Source: Saccostrea cucullata (Eukaryota). Taken from it: a DNA stretch of 64,000 nt. The translations under genes and the position numbers were made by a program. The stretch lies in NCBI RefSeq assembly GCF_032062105.1, contig NW_026939160.1, positions 62,001-126,000 of the forward strand, in the 5' to 3' direction. Positions 48,599 to 61,543 of the stretch are shown piece by piece (within the stretch, counting starts at the first letter, position 1; each line of letters opens with the position of its first letter). A model generated the notes under the pieces. It was not told the origin of the DNA, did no database searches, and worked only from the letters and a program-made list of their open reading frames with translations.

Positions 48599-49208
48599 AT
48601 CATGTGACCTGGGACAAACCGCATAATTGACATTTCAAAACAAGAAAAAACTTTTAAATGAGGTTTTTACGAAAGCAAAATAATACCCATACTTAGCAAA
48701 GACTTGTGCTGATTGGGTTTTGGGGGTACATGTTCAGTTACTTATTACATGTCAAAACTAAATATAAAAATGAATAAAATCTGCTGAATTGACATCCATT
48801 TTGATGCTCTCTCATCACCTTCTGCTATATTACACCACTGTGATAAGAAATTGTAAATGTTGAATTACAGTTGATGCTACTGTATTGTTTTTATGTTCCT
48901 CATTTTTCTTAGAGACTGCCAATGTAGATGTGTTAACAATTAACACATTACATGCAAGTGATAAAGCTGGACTGCTAAAATATATGTTTTGGTTTTAAAC
49001 TATTTCTTGACTGGACATTGAACTGCAGTTTAAAATACAGAACAAATTATATTTTTACTTACAACCACAGTTGTTTTGTGTTATTATGTACATGTCTTGT
49101 TTCAACATATATTTATGTATTTATTATACAATTAAACCAAGTTTCACGATTTTGTGTTTTTTTTACTATCATTGACCACATTTGGTATCAAAGACAAGTT
49201 ACCAGTAA

Positions 49209-49500
49209 TGTTTCTTTGTTGTTCAACGTCCCTCTCAAGAATTTTTCATTCATATGGAGATGCCACCACTTGCCAGAGAATAGCTGCAAATTTTGACATA
49301 TGCTCAGTACACAGGGCTATTGCGCAGTGAGGAGTCTTTTTCAGTGTCAGTACCTACTGTAACACAGGACCTCTGTTTTATGGTTTCATCCAAAGGACCA
49401 GTCTCCTCATCCCACAGTGGGCTTCGAACTCACGACACAAGAATCAACTCCTTACTTAGCGACTCTTAGAGCACACGCTCTTACCACTGTGCCCCAAGGG
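49209..49500 (-). mobile_element. tRNA-derived SINE
   Basis: Minus-strand head with A-box-like GGCACAGTGG and B-box GAGTTCGAAGC, a ~200-nt body, and an (AAC/AAAC)-like tail at the left end. Confidence 0.7.
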
Positions 49501-49824
49501 CAACTTATTGTGCACTCTTGAAATACTGTACAGTGAACAGATTTCTGCCATCAATTTGTTTTTTCGTGTTTTGTGATTAAGAGTACATTGTATTCTTTTT
49601 TTTTAAGTTTTAAGCGCAGAACCTGGTTATATTTATGACAATCTGAGGCTAAAGTGAATCTAGACCATTTTCACTTCATCCATTTTTTTTTTGCAAAAAC
49701 TGTACAACAGCATGCTAAATAATCTAGTTTACTGGCTCCTACACCAACTGCTCCTATCTCTTTTCAGTTATCGAGTTTGGAATTTTTGGCAATAGTTGCC
49801 TTACTTTGATTGAGTAGAAATAGA

Positions 49825-50143
49825 ACAAGAGATGAAACACTTCTACTCCTCTCTTCCCATGGACATACATACCAAATTTCATTTCAGTGTGTGTATCCTC
49901 TGCAAAGGAAATGAACAGAAACGAAATAATTGCAATTTTTCTATGTCAATGGGCAAAACTCTGTCTGTGATCATACCAAAACAGATCTTGACCTAGATAT
50001 TCTTATGATAAATCTGTATACCAATTAAATTTCATTTTCGTATGTACAACCTTTGCAAAGAAAATGAAAACTCTTGGTGGATCGACAGACAGACAGACAG
50101 CAGCAAAGCAATATGCCCTCCCTTCTATGAAAGGAGGCACAAA
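49825..50143 (-). mobile_element. Short decayed copy of the 8073-9326 HINE family
   Basis: ACAAGAGATG start, one repeat unit, GACA microsatellite, GCAAAGCAATATGCCC...GGAGGCAC end. Confidence 0.7.
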
Positions 50144-50464
50144 TATCACTGTAATAATGTCACATGTCTCCTTTAAAAATGTTAAAGACAAAAAATATGG
50201 AAACATTCTTTTGAATTTTCTTCATCAAAAAATCACACAAAATGCATCCATGTAGGTATATTTCATTCAAATTTAGTTGAAACATGCTAATCTTGTTTGT
50301 ATTGATTAATCATCAGTATACAGTTTTGCAAATCCCTGTTAAAAATGAATTTTTATAATGACAAAAGGAATATCTTCACAAATCGCATAAAAGGCGAGTT
50401 GCTTGCTGTAAAAAAATGTTTGCATTAACCCTTCCAAAAAGTAACTAAAAGATTCCTAACACTT

Positions 50465-53317
50465 TTATCGTCTTGATGCTTGTTTGTACAAAATATCATT
50501 TATTTCTTTTTGTTCCTCAAAGAATGTTTTCCTGTCTAATTTGTACTTATATTTGTCCTTAGATTTGTCAATAACTTTGTATTTCCTTGAAAACTTAGAG
50601 CTGAACACTTTGGTTTGTTCTCCTGGGAAGGCATCTTTACCGGGCCAGAGTGAATTCTCATCACGATCATACCGAATGTATTCTGTATTTATGTGAAGGT
50701 TTTTGGGTAAGTCTAGTTTTGTTAGATCTTCCAAACATGAAGTGTCTTTAATTTCTTTCTTGAAGAATTCCACAGCTTGCTCAATAGTTTTCATATCATG
50801 TAACTCAGTGTTAGGTATATAGTGATCAAATTCCTTCATCATTCTAGTTAGAACCTGTAAAATGAAATTAAGCTGTACATTATTATATGGAAACAAAAAA
50901 TATTTGTAGTGGTAGAAAATACTAAATGGTTGGTCATTTCAAATTTATCTCTCATTTTTTTAATAAACTGGGCAATCTACCCAAAAGAAACAAAACATAC
51001 TTAATCAGTTGGCTAGCCTCTTCACAAATTTAATCATTATTAGATTTAAGATCAGTCTTTGAGGAATATGCTTACATAATCCAAAACAAAGTTAAAGAAA
51101 TCAATCTCAAAACACAATCTCCTTGTCACATGTAACAAAAACTGGGAGGGGGATAGGTATGATTATTTTAAAAAATGATATTTAATAAAGCATAGACATA
51201 TAAAATTATCATATAATTTTAGTGCAAAAAAGTAAAAACTTTGCTGGTACCCACTAAATTCACTACAAACAACTTATACTTACCATAAATTTCTTTCTCC
51301 TGTCTTGGTCTAAATCTATATCTTGTAAGTCCACATCCTTTCCATATACTCCCTTTACAATTTGAAGTACTGTATTTTCTACATTTTCTGGAGGTGTGTA
51401 GGCACGATGGGTCTGGATGGATCTGTATTTAGATGAACATTTATCTATAAAATGCTATATAAAACATTAAAATAATTTATCCTCATCCTTAAAATTACAA
51501 CGAATTATACAAGATACGATAAATATATTTTAAAAATAACCCTGAAAAGGTTAGCAAGAATTTTCATATTGTATTAAACTGGGTTTAAAACCAACATAAG
51601 ACATTTTTTCTCAAAAAATATAATAGATGGACTTAATGAATTCTTTCAATTATAAACCAAATAGCACTTTTAATATAAATTTGCAAAAGAGAAAATTAAA
51701 AAGTCTCAGACTTCTACCATGTCTACAGTCAAACTACTGATCTATCATTTAATTGTCAGTGCTTTATCGATAACAACTACGCTTCCCATTGCAAATGGAC
51801 AATGTAACTGAACACAACTGAGGCATATTTGGTTGACATACCTCCTTTCAAAATATTCTGACAGTGATTTGTTTATCCTTATGGCAAACTTAAGAATAAA
51901 CCAGGAATTTTTTTAGCTTTCGTCAACTTTTCTATGAATCTTACGTTCTTTTTTTCAGATTATGCCTTGTATAATCATCGAACTGCACAACAGGCTGAGG
52001 TTCAAAGTCCCGAGGAACTGGATCCTCTTTGATTTTCCTCCTCAAGAAATTAAACCAGATTCTCTTGTTACAGCTTGGTACATATCCTGGCTAAAAACAA
52101 AATAAAAATGTGGAATGAATTCTGTATATTTTCCTGTGGAATCTGTGTGAAGTCACAATTTAGACTGTGTATTGTGCAATTTGTAGTTTAAAATAAGAGT
52201 CAGATCCCAGATCAAAGTTTCAAATGTTACTAAGCTGTAAAAATCTGTGCTCACCAAAATGGTCATTGTACACACCCTTACATAATAGGAAAATATAGAC
52301 TTGTCTGAATTTGACTGACATCCCCTACCCCTTAAGTCTATGTGAAAGACATTGGACCGTCAAACCTGACTGATTTGCAGTGCCTCTGGTCTGATGCATC
52401 ATTTTTAACTTTTACATGAGACCAGAATATGCTATTTCTCATTGATCAATTTTGAGTTTTACTATTTTGACACAGGTTCATTTAAATAAGCCTGAAGCTC
52501 TGCTCTCGAAGCAAGCTCAATAGACTAACGGCAATTCGAAATGATATATGCGTCAAGAAAATTTTTGTATGAATTTAAACCCTACCAGAATTCCTTTGCT
52601 ACCAGGATTCCGTACAAAAATGGCAACTAAATAAATATAAAAAGGCTATCAGTTTGTAGAAAGCTTCAAAGAAATAAAAAATATATTTTACAATGTATTT
52701 TGTTAAAAAGTGCACTGGACCTATAGTTTCAACCAGAAGCCCGGCTGTCTCCATAAATTCTGACCAGCTCGCATTTGTTACCTGGTGTGACGTCATAGTC
52801 AAGATGTCTCGTGGGACTTGTCGTTTGAAGTGGCAGATCAACGTTAGAAGTTTTTTATGTTACAACTGCGCTTGCCCAAACGGTCACAACGTAAAACAAA
52901 TTAACTTTATTATGTTCATTGATTTCACATGACCATTGATGACTGAATGTCCTGTGTGGTCCAAAAAATTTTTTGCATAGACCTCATTGGGTCTTGATCA
53001 AAACATGCATCTAACAATATGCTAGCAGACGCAAGTTTAATTTTTTATAGATTCTGTTGTAATTTTTGGAAAGCTGTATTGGTATCTACAACATATATCT
53101 TACGCATGCAATGCAGATCCCTCTTTGAGATGAGCATGAAAGTTATCAAAAAGTCAATATAAAGCTCTATCTTTAAAAAAAAACTTGTCTTGAGTGAGAG
53201 CGATCTTAAAACACACAATGCCCCTAAAATTTGATGGATAGTGTATACACTTACATATGCTGCTTTGCCAACTACTGAAAGCAGTTGTGAAGAAAGTGCT
53301 GTCCTTGCCAAACTCAT
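50465..53317 (-). CDS. MRPL50: Mitochondrial ribosomal protein L50 (mL50); exons 53317-53255, 52090-51945, 51422-51284, 50854-50465 (~245 aa)
   Basis: Basic/hydroxyl-rich presequence MSLARTALSSQLL; RAYTPPENVE; L50 motif EFDHYIPNTELHDMKTIEQAVEFF followed by LPKNLHI. Phases are consistent. Confidence 0.85.
52298..53037. mobile_element. Decayed TIR element in MRPL50 intron 1
   Basis: Nested inverted segments ACTTGTCTG / CAGACGCAAGT and GTCTATGTGAAAGACATTGGACC / GGTCCAAAAAATTTTTTGCATAGAC; CpG-rich core. Confidence 0.4.
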
Positions 53318-53480
53318 TTTTCGGATATAGTCAGTGTCAATATCATGCAATCATCCTGACCGTGTTTAGTCAATATTTAAAACGCAGTAGTGATCGCGAA
53401 AGTGAAAATTGTAAAACCCAAGCTAAACCAGGGTCCCAATCCGGAGTAAAGACGAGTTGGAAAACCGTAACAAAGGTAAA
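53318..53480. promoter_or_regulatory. Bidirectional promoter MRPL50/TUBD1 with probable non-coding first exon of TUBD1
   Basis: Divergent genes; CpG-rich patch with TCGCGA (53394-53399); donor AAG|GTAAAC at 53475/53476 and acceptor CCTTAG at 53830. Confidence 0.5.
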
Positions 53481-53928
53481 CAGTCGATAACAACGTTTTA
53501 AGGATGAGCATAGGGGGTATTGTTTTTGTCAGTGATCTTATATCAATGTGGATGTAGGCGAAAGCCTGTCCACTTCTCTAAAGAGAATAGATAAATCATA
53601 AAAATATATTCTCTTTAAGGGATCTGGTTGTGCATCACTTCAATCTGTCAATCTTTACTTTCTGAGTTTCAATTATAATTTGGTTGACTAACTTTACATG
53701 TATTTTATGTTTTATTATGATATTTAAATCAAGGCACTATATATGCCTCTTACCATACAAAATCATCACAATTTTCCCACTGGTAGAGAAAATGAACTCC
53801 ATCAGTATGTAAATATTGTATTCTCCTTAGAGAAATGGACAGGGATAGAAACTGAAGTATATCCAAAGTGAACCAGAAGTATGCCAGACCCAGTCAGCAG
53901 AAAAAATAGGGGATGGAAGTAGAGGATA

Positions 53929-56336
53929 ATGTCAATAATAACAGTACAACTAGGACAATGCGGAAACCAAATTGGTGGTCAGCTGTTCCATACATTTATG
54001 GACGATGTCCACTCGAAACCACTAGCTACACAGGTGAATGTTAATAAGAACAAAAGGTATTAGAAAAAAAAGCAGGTCTGCAAGTGTAAGTTGCAGAAAA
54101 AGTAATTGTAATAATGATATATTTCCCCAAAATATTTCAAGTAGACTTTCATTTTCACTTTTAGGTGGCTCCAGACAAAAACGAGGAGTATAAAAATGAG
54201 GTTCTGTCCCGATTTTTTTACTGTGGAGAATCAGGGGAGGGAACTCCAAAAGCTCGAGCTGTCATGGTGGACATGGAGCCAAAGGTAATAATACTGTACA
54301 CTTTTTAGTAATTTCTAGCTTTAATTTTCTTCACAGAAGTATTAACCCATTAAACAATAAACATTTGAGGATGACTGTACTTAAGTGAAATTCATAAAAG
54401 GTTAACATATAACTTTTTTCATAGAGATTTTTTAAAAACTATTATTAATAATGATAATAAGCCAAAAACCTGAAAAATGAAATTAAAAAAATTGAATAAT
54501 CATAGTTCATCCTGTTTTTCAGGCTAGACTTAAAATATTGCAAGAGATATTTTATTTGCCAATATGAATTCTAGGTGATAGCTCAAACATATCAAGATGC
54601 CAAGCGTTCAGGGAGATGGAGTTACTCTGAGAAACAGAACTATTGCCAGCAGAGGGGGTCAGGAAACAACTGGGCCCACGGCTACTGCATCCACGGCCCA
54701 GCGTGTCAGAGCACAGTCATGGAACTAGTCCGGCGCGAAGCGGAAAAATGTGACAATCTGGGGGGATTCCTGTCCCTCATGAGTCTGGCAGGGGGCACAG
54801 GCTCAGGGGTGGGGGCATATGTGACTCGTTGTTTGAGAGATGAATTTCCTCATGCATTTATAATGAACCAAGTAGTGTGGCCTTATAAGACCGGAGAGGT
54901 CATTGTGCAGAATTATAATGCTCTTTTGACATTGTCACGATTATATCACACGGTGGATGCCATTGTTGTCATGGAAAATGACCATCTCCATAAGATATGT
55001 CAGCAACTTCTGAACATTAAGAAGATCTCATTCAAAGACATTAACAAAGTCATCTGCCATAAATTAGCCACTATGCTGCAACCCTGTCCACTTAACAAGT
55101 TCACTGGGGATATTTGTTCCAATTCCATAGGTATTATCTTGTTTTGTTTTTTTTTGAAGAAAAATTTTGTACTCGGATTTCTTTTTTTATGCATAATGTT
55201 ATATTATATTAATTTCAGAAGTGATCTTCTGTACTTTAACTGTGAAGTGAAGTGATGATTGTCTAGGTGTATTAAAAAAATTGCTTTGCCTTAATTAGAG
55301 CATGAAAGAGAGGTTTTCTTTATATTTTGTGATGCTCTCAATATTTATATTATGTGATTAAGGTGAAATGCTGGAACACTTGGTGCCACATCCAGACTAC
55401 AAACTCCTGACCATTAAGAACATTCCTCAGATGTCTGCGGCGGCCCAGGAGTTCAGCACCTACCAATGGCACGGGCTGCTCAAACACCTCCGACAAATGC
55501 TCATTTCTGATGCTCCAATGGAAGAGGGTTAGTTATTTTAATAAACAATTGAGATTTACTTCAAATTAATTCATGTTCTTGCCACAATGTGAAGAATTAT
55601 GTGTACAGTTGTACTTCGGTTCAGTATCAATATTAGACATTCATTGGTGTATGTTGAGGTGAGTCCGTGAGTCCATGATCTCAACTGTAGAGCTTGAGTT
55701 TCAACATTATTATCTTGTACACTTGGATAGCTAAACTTTTTCAGTTATTCATTCAGATCGCAAGATAAATGTAGTGATACTATATTGTGACAAGGGGCAC
55801 AACTCTGGCATACATATAAAAAATTTAATACATGTACCTGTATGTATTCTTCAATTATATCCATTCTACTCAGAATGTATAAACTAATGCAGTCAATTAT
55901 AGATTTTATAAGAATTCTACATCAGTTTTTAATTAATTTTATAGGTATTGATTGGCAAGTCAAAGTTAGTTCCCGAGGATCTCAACACAACACTTCTCTC
56001 GCTAACCTTCTGTTACTGAGGGGCAAGGAATCAGCGTCCGCAGAAACCACACCGTTCTCTGACCCCGCCCTGTATGTTCCGTGGGTACCACCAGATGCCA
56101 CCCTGATGACAGGTATACAGCCGAGAGCTTTTAACCACTACGAGAAATCAGCATCTCTAATTTCTAACAGTAAGTCACCGGTGGGGGAGATGAACTTTAT
56201 GGTGGGGAAAGCCTGGGATATGTTCTCTGCCAGAGCTTATGTGCACCAGTACAATGAACATGGACTTACTGAGGACGATTTTCTGGACGGGTTTGCAACC
56301 TTAGAACAAGTAATATCAAATTACAAATGTTTGTAA
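53929..56336 (+). CDS. TUBD1: Tubulin delta chain; exons 53929-54033, 54165-54284, 54575-55130, 55363-55527, 55945-56336
   Basis: [39 protein letters not shown], tubulin signature [20 protein letters not shown], delta-type LRQMLI...MEEGIDW and [15 protein letters not shown]; no acidic tail. Confidence 0.96.
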
Positions 56337-56831
56337 GATGGACAAAATACAATTGTGGAACCTGAATGAATTTAGCATTTTTGTATTATTTCTCACTTGT
56401 TTATTTTGCTTAGTCTATGGAATTTTAATATAATACCTAAAAACAACATGAAAACATTAATTTTTAAAGTTTTTTCTTTTCATGAAATCTTATTGGTTAA
56501 ATTTACCTCATGCCTCTATGTAAATTACAGTTGAACTTTGGTATTTTGAAGAACCATATTTTGAAAAGCATGGATATGTAAAAGTGAGTTTTAAGACTGA
56601 ACAGTATTTTATCCTCAGTATCTCAAAACAAGATTTCTTGAAGTTTTCTCTCTATCCAGTTCCAGATTGAAATACTTTTAACTATCAGCAGTACCAGAAA
56701 GAAAGATCCAAGTTTTGGTAGAAATAATGTAAAAAAAAAACCCTGTAAGATATGTTAACATTAGACTGAAAGCAATTGAAACTTGGGACAATGCTTATAT
56801 GATGTGTAATATTGCACTACAACCTTATTAA

Positions 56832-57410
56832 GAATGCTTGCCTGTATGTGCCATATTCAGGAGGACCTGACACAGTGAGGCTTATGGTAGGAAATGCTTG
56901 CCTAAATGAGCTTTGTCCTTTGGCTCCTGATACATGAAAGCTGGGGACATGGAATGCTTGCCCATATAAGCTCTATCCACCAGCTCTTTTTGCATGAGAG
57001 TTAGGGACATGGAATATGGGTTATGTCTTCTATCACCTGAAGCATGATGACAGGGAGTGAGGGGAGGGGATGCGGAGGAATATTAGAACTATGTCCACTA
57101 TTACCTGACTGGGGGAGGGGGGGGGGCAAGGAATTCTTGTATATATGAGTTCTCAGCATCTGTCCTCTAGCACTCAATACAGAAAGTCTGAGGGCAAAGA
57201 TGGCTTATTTGACCTATGTTCACTATCCCCTGGCCTAGGGACCATAAAACTTAGACAAGCTCACTTTTGATCTCAGTCTCACTTTCTGTTGGAGTGAGAG
57301 ACTAAGATCAAAAGTGAGCTCGTCTAAGTTTTATGGTCACCAGGCCTGATGCATAATGCTAATTAAGCAAGGGGTTCTGGCTTTATAAGCTATATGCTCT
57401 TGCTTCATTT
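56832..57410. repeat. Degenerate ~60-bp minisatellite downstream of TUBD1
   Basis: (G/A)AATGCTTGCC recurs at ~56833, 56892 and 56952, followed by decayed units sharing GGGACATGGAAT and CTAT..CCTGA motifs. Confidence 0.55.
57233..57345. mobile_element. 113-bp near-perfect palindromic MITE (Harbinger-like, CTG TSD)
   Basis: ~50-bp arms GCCTAGGGACCATAAAACTTAGACAAGCTCACTTTTGATCTCAGTCTC / GAGACTAAGATCAAAAGTGAGCTCGTCTAAGTTTTATGGTCACCAGGC; CTG at 57230-57232 and 57346-57348. Confidence 0.8.
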
Positions 57411-57571
57411 AAAGAAGCAGAATTATCCAAACTGAGCAAATTTATGCTACCATTATAGTGCAAAAAATGTTTGCTCAGATTATGATTAACTTTGAAATAA
57501 GAAGTTGATATTTTATAGACACTTAATTAATAATACATAATAAAGAGTACCAGTAGTTTACAATACCTTAA

Positions 57572-57906
57572 AGTCATATATGGCATATTTTTGATAAGTT
57601 CAGACTAACTAGAATAAAAAAGATCTTCTATATGTTTTGTTACTCTATAAAAAGATAGGACTTTCCTGTAAATTACACAATTTAGGTCAATCGCGTTTCA
57701 TAGATTTTGAACAATAACAGTTACCAATTTTTTTTGGACTTGGCATTAAATATCAGTCACTTGAACTATAGAAACATGGGGATATTTAAGTTCCAAGTTG
57801 GTGAAAATTTGATCTGAATGCAAATAAACAAATATCATGTAAATCTACACTTAATCTATAGTATTTTAATGTTTTTTTAGCTCAGATACGCCATATTACA
57901 TAGCTT
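57572..57906. mobile_element. Possible decayed TTAA-flanked (Kolobok/piggyBac-type) MITE
   Basis: TTAA-AGTCATATATGGC ... GCCATATTACATAGCTT-TTAA; TIRs are weak. Confidence 0.3.
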
Positions 57907-58356
57907 TTAAATTTTATTGATTTTTTCCTTACATCTCTCAGAACCCATGTTCCAGCATTACAACTTTTAAATTGATGTAAAATATAATGTTAATAAGTTT
58001 CATTCTTAATTTTTATTCAAATTTTAGTTACTGCACAGCAGTAACATATAAAACAAAAATGTAACATTAAAAATAAAATACAGGTTCACTGGTATTGATA
58101 AATGTTGAACAAGATCTATGTCTCTGATAAAAAAAATAAATCAAGTTCATGCCCATTTCTGCATTGAAAGAAGAAATGTTTGATATAATTATTGTTTGAA
58201 TAGCTAAAATGAGGTGATAAAAATTTCACATTTAGACTGGTTTGATTGCCATCCAAGGAGTGGAATAGGAATATGAGAAAAGCCTAGTAATCAAGGGCCA
58301 TAAAAGTATGCGGAAGTCAATAAAACGAAATATCACCATCCTATAAAATGTCAACA

Positions 58357-59382
58357 TTATGCGAAATAATGTTTGATATGAGACCAGATAATATTATGAT
58401 GGCTTCGTGTTTGGGTATCAATAGCAACTAATCCACAGTTGTGTAGATTTGTTTCATAGCAGTCTATTGCCTGGTCAGAATTTCCTTCGTAAAGTCGCAG
58501 AGGTTTGAGAGTTTTCTGTCGAATCTGAGCCGGCAACATTCCGTATATGTACATGTCATCTGACCAGTAAGGGGTCATATGGGGGGCGGCATGGTAAAGG
58601 GAGATAAGCATGTCACGAGTCATTATCACAGCTTTTCCTACACAGTGAATAATGGTAGGAGCCAGTTTCATCCTTTTTAGTTTTTCATAATCCATGAATT
58701 TTATCCTTTCTTTGATGAATTTACACATTAATAGATTTTTGGTACAGGAATATTTTGGTTTGTATTCTCGTAAAATTTCGAACATATTGAGAATCACAGT
58801 GTCCTGAATGCGGATGATCATTTTGGCCTTGAGGCAGTATTCAGCCGTCCATCTCAAGGCCATCAGAGCTTTCTGTGGGAGATTGTTTGGGGCCTCTGAG
58901 AACCTTCCTTGTAAAATGTCACCATATTGTGCTGCCTCTTTTTCAATGGCTTTTTGAATTTTTTTAGAGGTGGAACGGCCCACAATGAAGAGAATTCTAA
59001 AATTTCCGAGTTTCTGGTACTGAGGTAAATTTACATTTCCCCATGTGGCACGAGTGACTTTCCTCCTAAGAAAATGATTAGGTTCTGTATTGATTAGAAT
59101 AAGAAAATCCAATGAATGTTCTTCAAAACACAATCCAGGGTTTTGAATACTGAAGGGGTTTTGTGCCCTCAAGGAATAGGAGTGGTTCCGGTTCTTTGGG
59201 TCGTTATGGAGATAAAAATGATTGACATATATGTTATCCTCACTGTCATTGCACACTGACTTTGGAAACTCAGGTTCTTCCGAGAATTCATTTTGATTTC
59301 CTCTGGAGCTGAAAAGACTCCAGACAAAAATCAAACTAACAAGCAGACCAAGTAATTTCCATCGGAAATTTGTTAATCTCAT
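58357..59382 (-). CDS. GT31 beta-1,3-galactosyltransferase-like type II membrane protein, 341 aa, single coding exon, degenerate catalytic motifs
   Basis: N-terminal signal anchor; FLILINTEPNHFLRRKVTRATWG, ILFIVG, EAAQYGDILQGRF, LMALRWTAEYC, DDMYIYG are GT31 motifs. The DDD motif reads QDT. Confidence 0.85.
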   Translation of the reverse strand: MRLTNFRWKLLGLLVSLIFVWSLFSSRGNQNEFSEEPEFPKSVCNDSEDNIYVNHFYLHNDPKNRNHSYSLRAQNPFSIQNPGLCFEEHSLDFLILINTEPNHFLRRKVTRATWGNVNLPQYQKLGNFRILFIVGRSTSKKIQKAIEKEAAQYGDILQGRFSEAPNNLPQKALMALRWTAEYCLKAKMIIRIQDTVILNMFEILREYKPKYSCTKNLLMCKFIKERIKFMDYEKLKRMKLAPTIIHCVGKAVIMTRDMLISLYHAAPHMTPYWSDDMYIYGMLPAQIRQKTLKPLRLYEGNSDQAIDCYETNLHNCGLVAIDTQTRSHHNIIWSHIKHYFA

Positions 59383-61543
59383 TTTCCTTTCACTGACTCA
59401 GAAAGCATTAAATTTGATATTTCGCAAAACACTGATGGATTTTATGTCATCAGAAATATTTTTCTCTGAAGATTATTTTCTGTTTAGAATTCCTGGATCG
59501 TTGGTCTTTTTCATTTTGACCTGTGGTAATAAGGCCATATTTTATACACCTCTGTGGTCCACTTCAAATCCCTAGAAAGAGAAAATGTCAAGCATTCATC
59601 AGTTTAGGTTTATCTGTACCTGTAAATGACTTCCAACCAGGACCATGTTAGAGCGACCAGGACATTTAAATGCAAACTCCAGTGATACTACATTGTTTCA
59701 ATAGTGTCAGGCAACATGAAGTCATAACAATGAATTTTCGTGGAAAGACAGTTCAAATTTCATTTTAAAAACATCCTGACATCTCATGACATTAATTTCA
59801 GATTTCACTTGGCCACAAAAACATCTGTTTACAAAATCTTTATGTCGGAAAATAAAATAAAAATTATCAATATTTCACCGTTAATTCTATTGATCAAATA
59901 AAGAGCAAGCTGTGAACCACTGGTCTTTAAGTGTTATAATTCTTATGTATTGCAGGATAATTACAATATGCTAATTTTGGTACCACTGCTAGGCAGTACA
60001 ACAGCTTAATTTTCTCAGGTGTGGGTCAGTACAGTTGATTTTTGCCAGGTACATGCAATACGTGCATTAAATTTTTGTCCACAGGTGATAAAATGTGACA
60101 AATTACAGAACAACTCGTAAAATCAGGCATGACTAGCCAATAAAGACACACATTGTCACAGGTGAAACTTTTTACCTCTACAGCCCTGAAGACTCGTATA
60201 CAATGTACATTATATTCTACGTAACTATAAGAGAAGATAAATGCATGCTGTTCGTAGGAGAAAAAAAGGTGCAAAAAATGAATATTTACATGTTAATTAA
60301 TGTTTAGGTACTGTACAATTTGAAATAACTGTCTATGTCAGAATTTTAATTAAATTAATTTCTTTAAAAAATAATTGTTTCATTGAAAAGAAACCGAAAT
60401 GAAGAATTAACTAGACAGCGATTAAGCCTAAAGCTTATATATTCAAGTACATTAAGTTTGCATGCAAATTACATTAAGCTGAATGCTTAAGTGCAAAAAA
60501 TGTATATAAAGTGCACACTGTACTTAAAATTTTCTACATCTTTACAATGTGCGGGCATTTTTAAATTCATAAAATAATTAAAAATTTAGAAATTTGATTA
60601 AATTATATGCACCAGTATTTTATAATCTGTTAGTTAATTAGGTCCAAGAAATTATAAGCTTAAAATTTTCAAAGAAATTAAATTAATGTAAAAAACTACC
60701 TTGGGCTAACTCCATTCAGCTCAAGCTTTACTGCAGCAAAGTCTTTGAAGAGCATTAAACTTTCAACATCTTTCAGCGTACACTATACGTATTAACAAAA
60801 CTTAAACACCTGTTTATACCAGGTAGAAAAAAATCTTGATCATTAAATCCTACATTACGTATATAATCGTACTAATTCCACTTGACACCAGGTCGCAGTG
60901 AGTAACAACAGTGAAATGCTTGTCCTTTTAACTGGCAGGTATTTTAACAATTCTATAGGACTTATCTCCGCATGATGAGACAATCGAATGGTCAGTTATT
61001 TCATCTGTCAATCAGTTTGTGTGTTAGGGACACTGGGTTAAGCACATCTTCACCAAAAAACCCTGACAATCAATAAATGTGGTTCAACACAGGGTCTCAA
61101 AAATGCCATAATGAATATAGATTTGTACTAACCCTGACCAGAAATATAAAAGTTATCTCTCATACTGTCCATAATTTAGTGTGGAGAGAAGGAAAATTGC
61201 TTCGTTTACCACAAACATAGTGGATAATATATTATTTCCATAAAAAATCTGTTTTGCAGCTGTTGTATTACAAGATTATGCAATATATGCATAGTGTTTT
61301 AGTAAAAAACTTATAAATTAGTTATTCATTTTAATAATTTCCATAAAAATGTTTTAAAAAAGTGATATTGACTAATCTTGAAAGTGACAGACTAGGCTAG
61401 GGATTTGTTATACTGGAGACATTTATAAATAAATAATGCGAGAGACAGAATTGTGCGAGTCATCCAAATAAAAATTCAATACAAAACAGACAACATTTCC
61501 CACTTATAGCATGATTAGTGTACATAACTGATGAGCTTCAAAG

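Noticed and set aside
49410-49500. tRNA gene
   Set aside because: A/B boxes are present but there is no clean cloverleaf, and it is fused to a SINE body and tail.
51423-51445. Apparent frameshift in MRPL50 if the acceptor at 51445 is used
   Set aside because: The acceptor at 51424/51423 gives the correct phase-2 junction.
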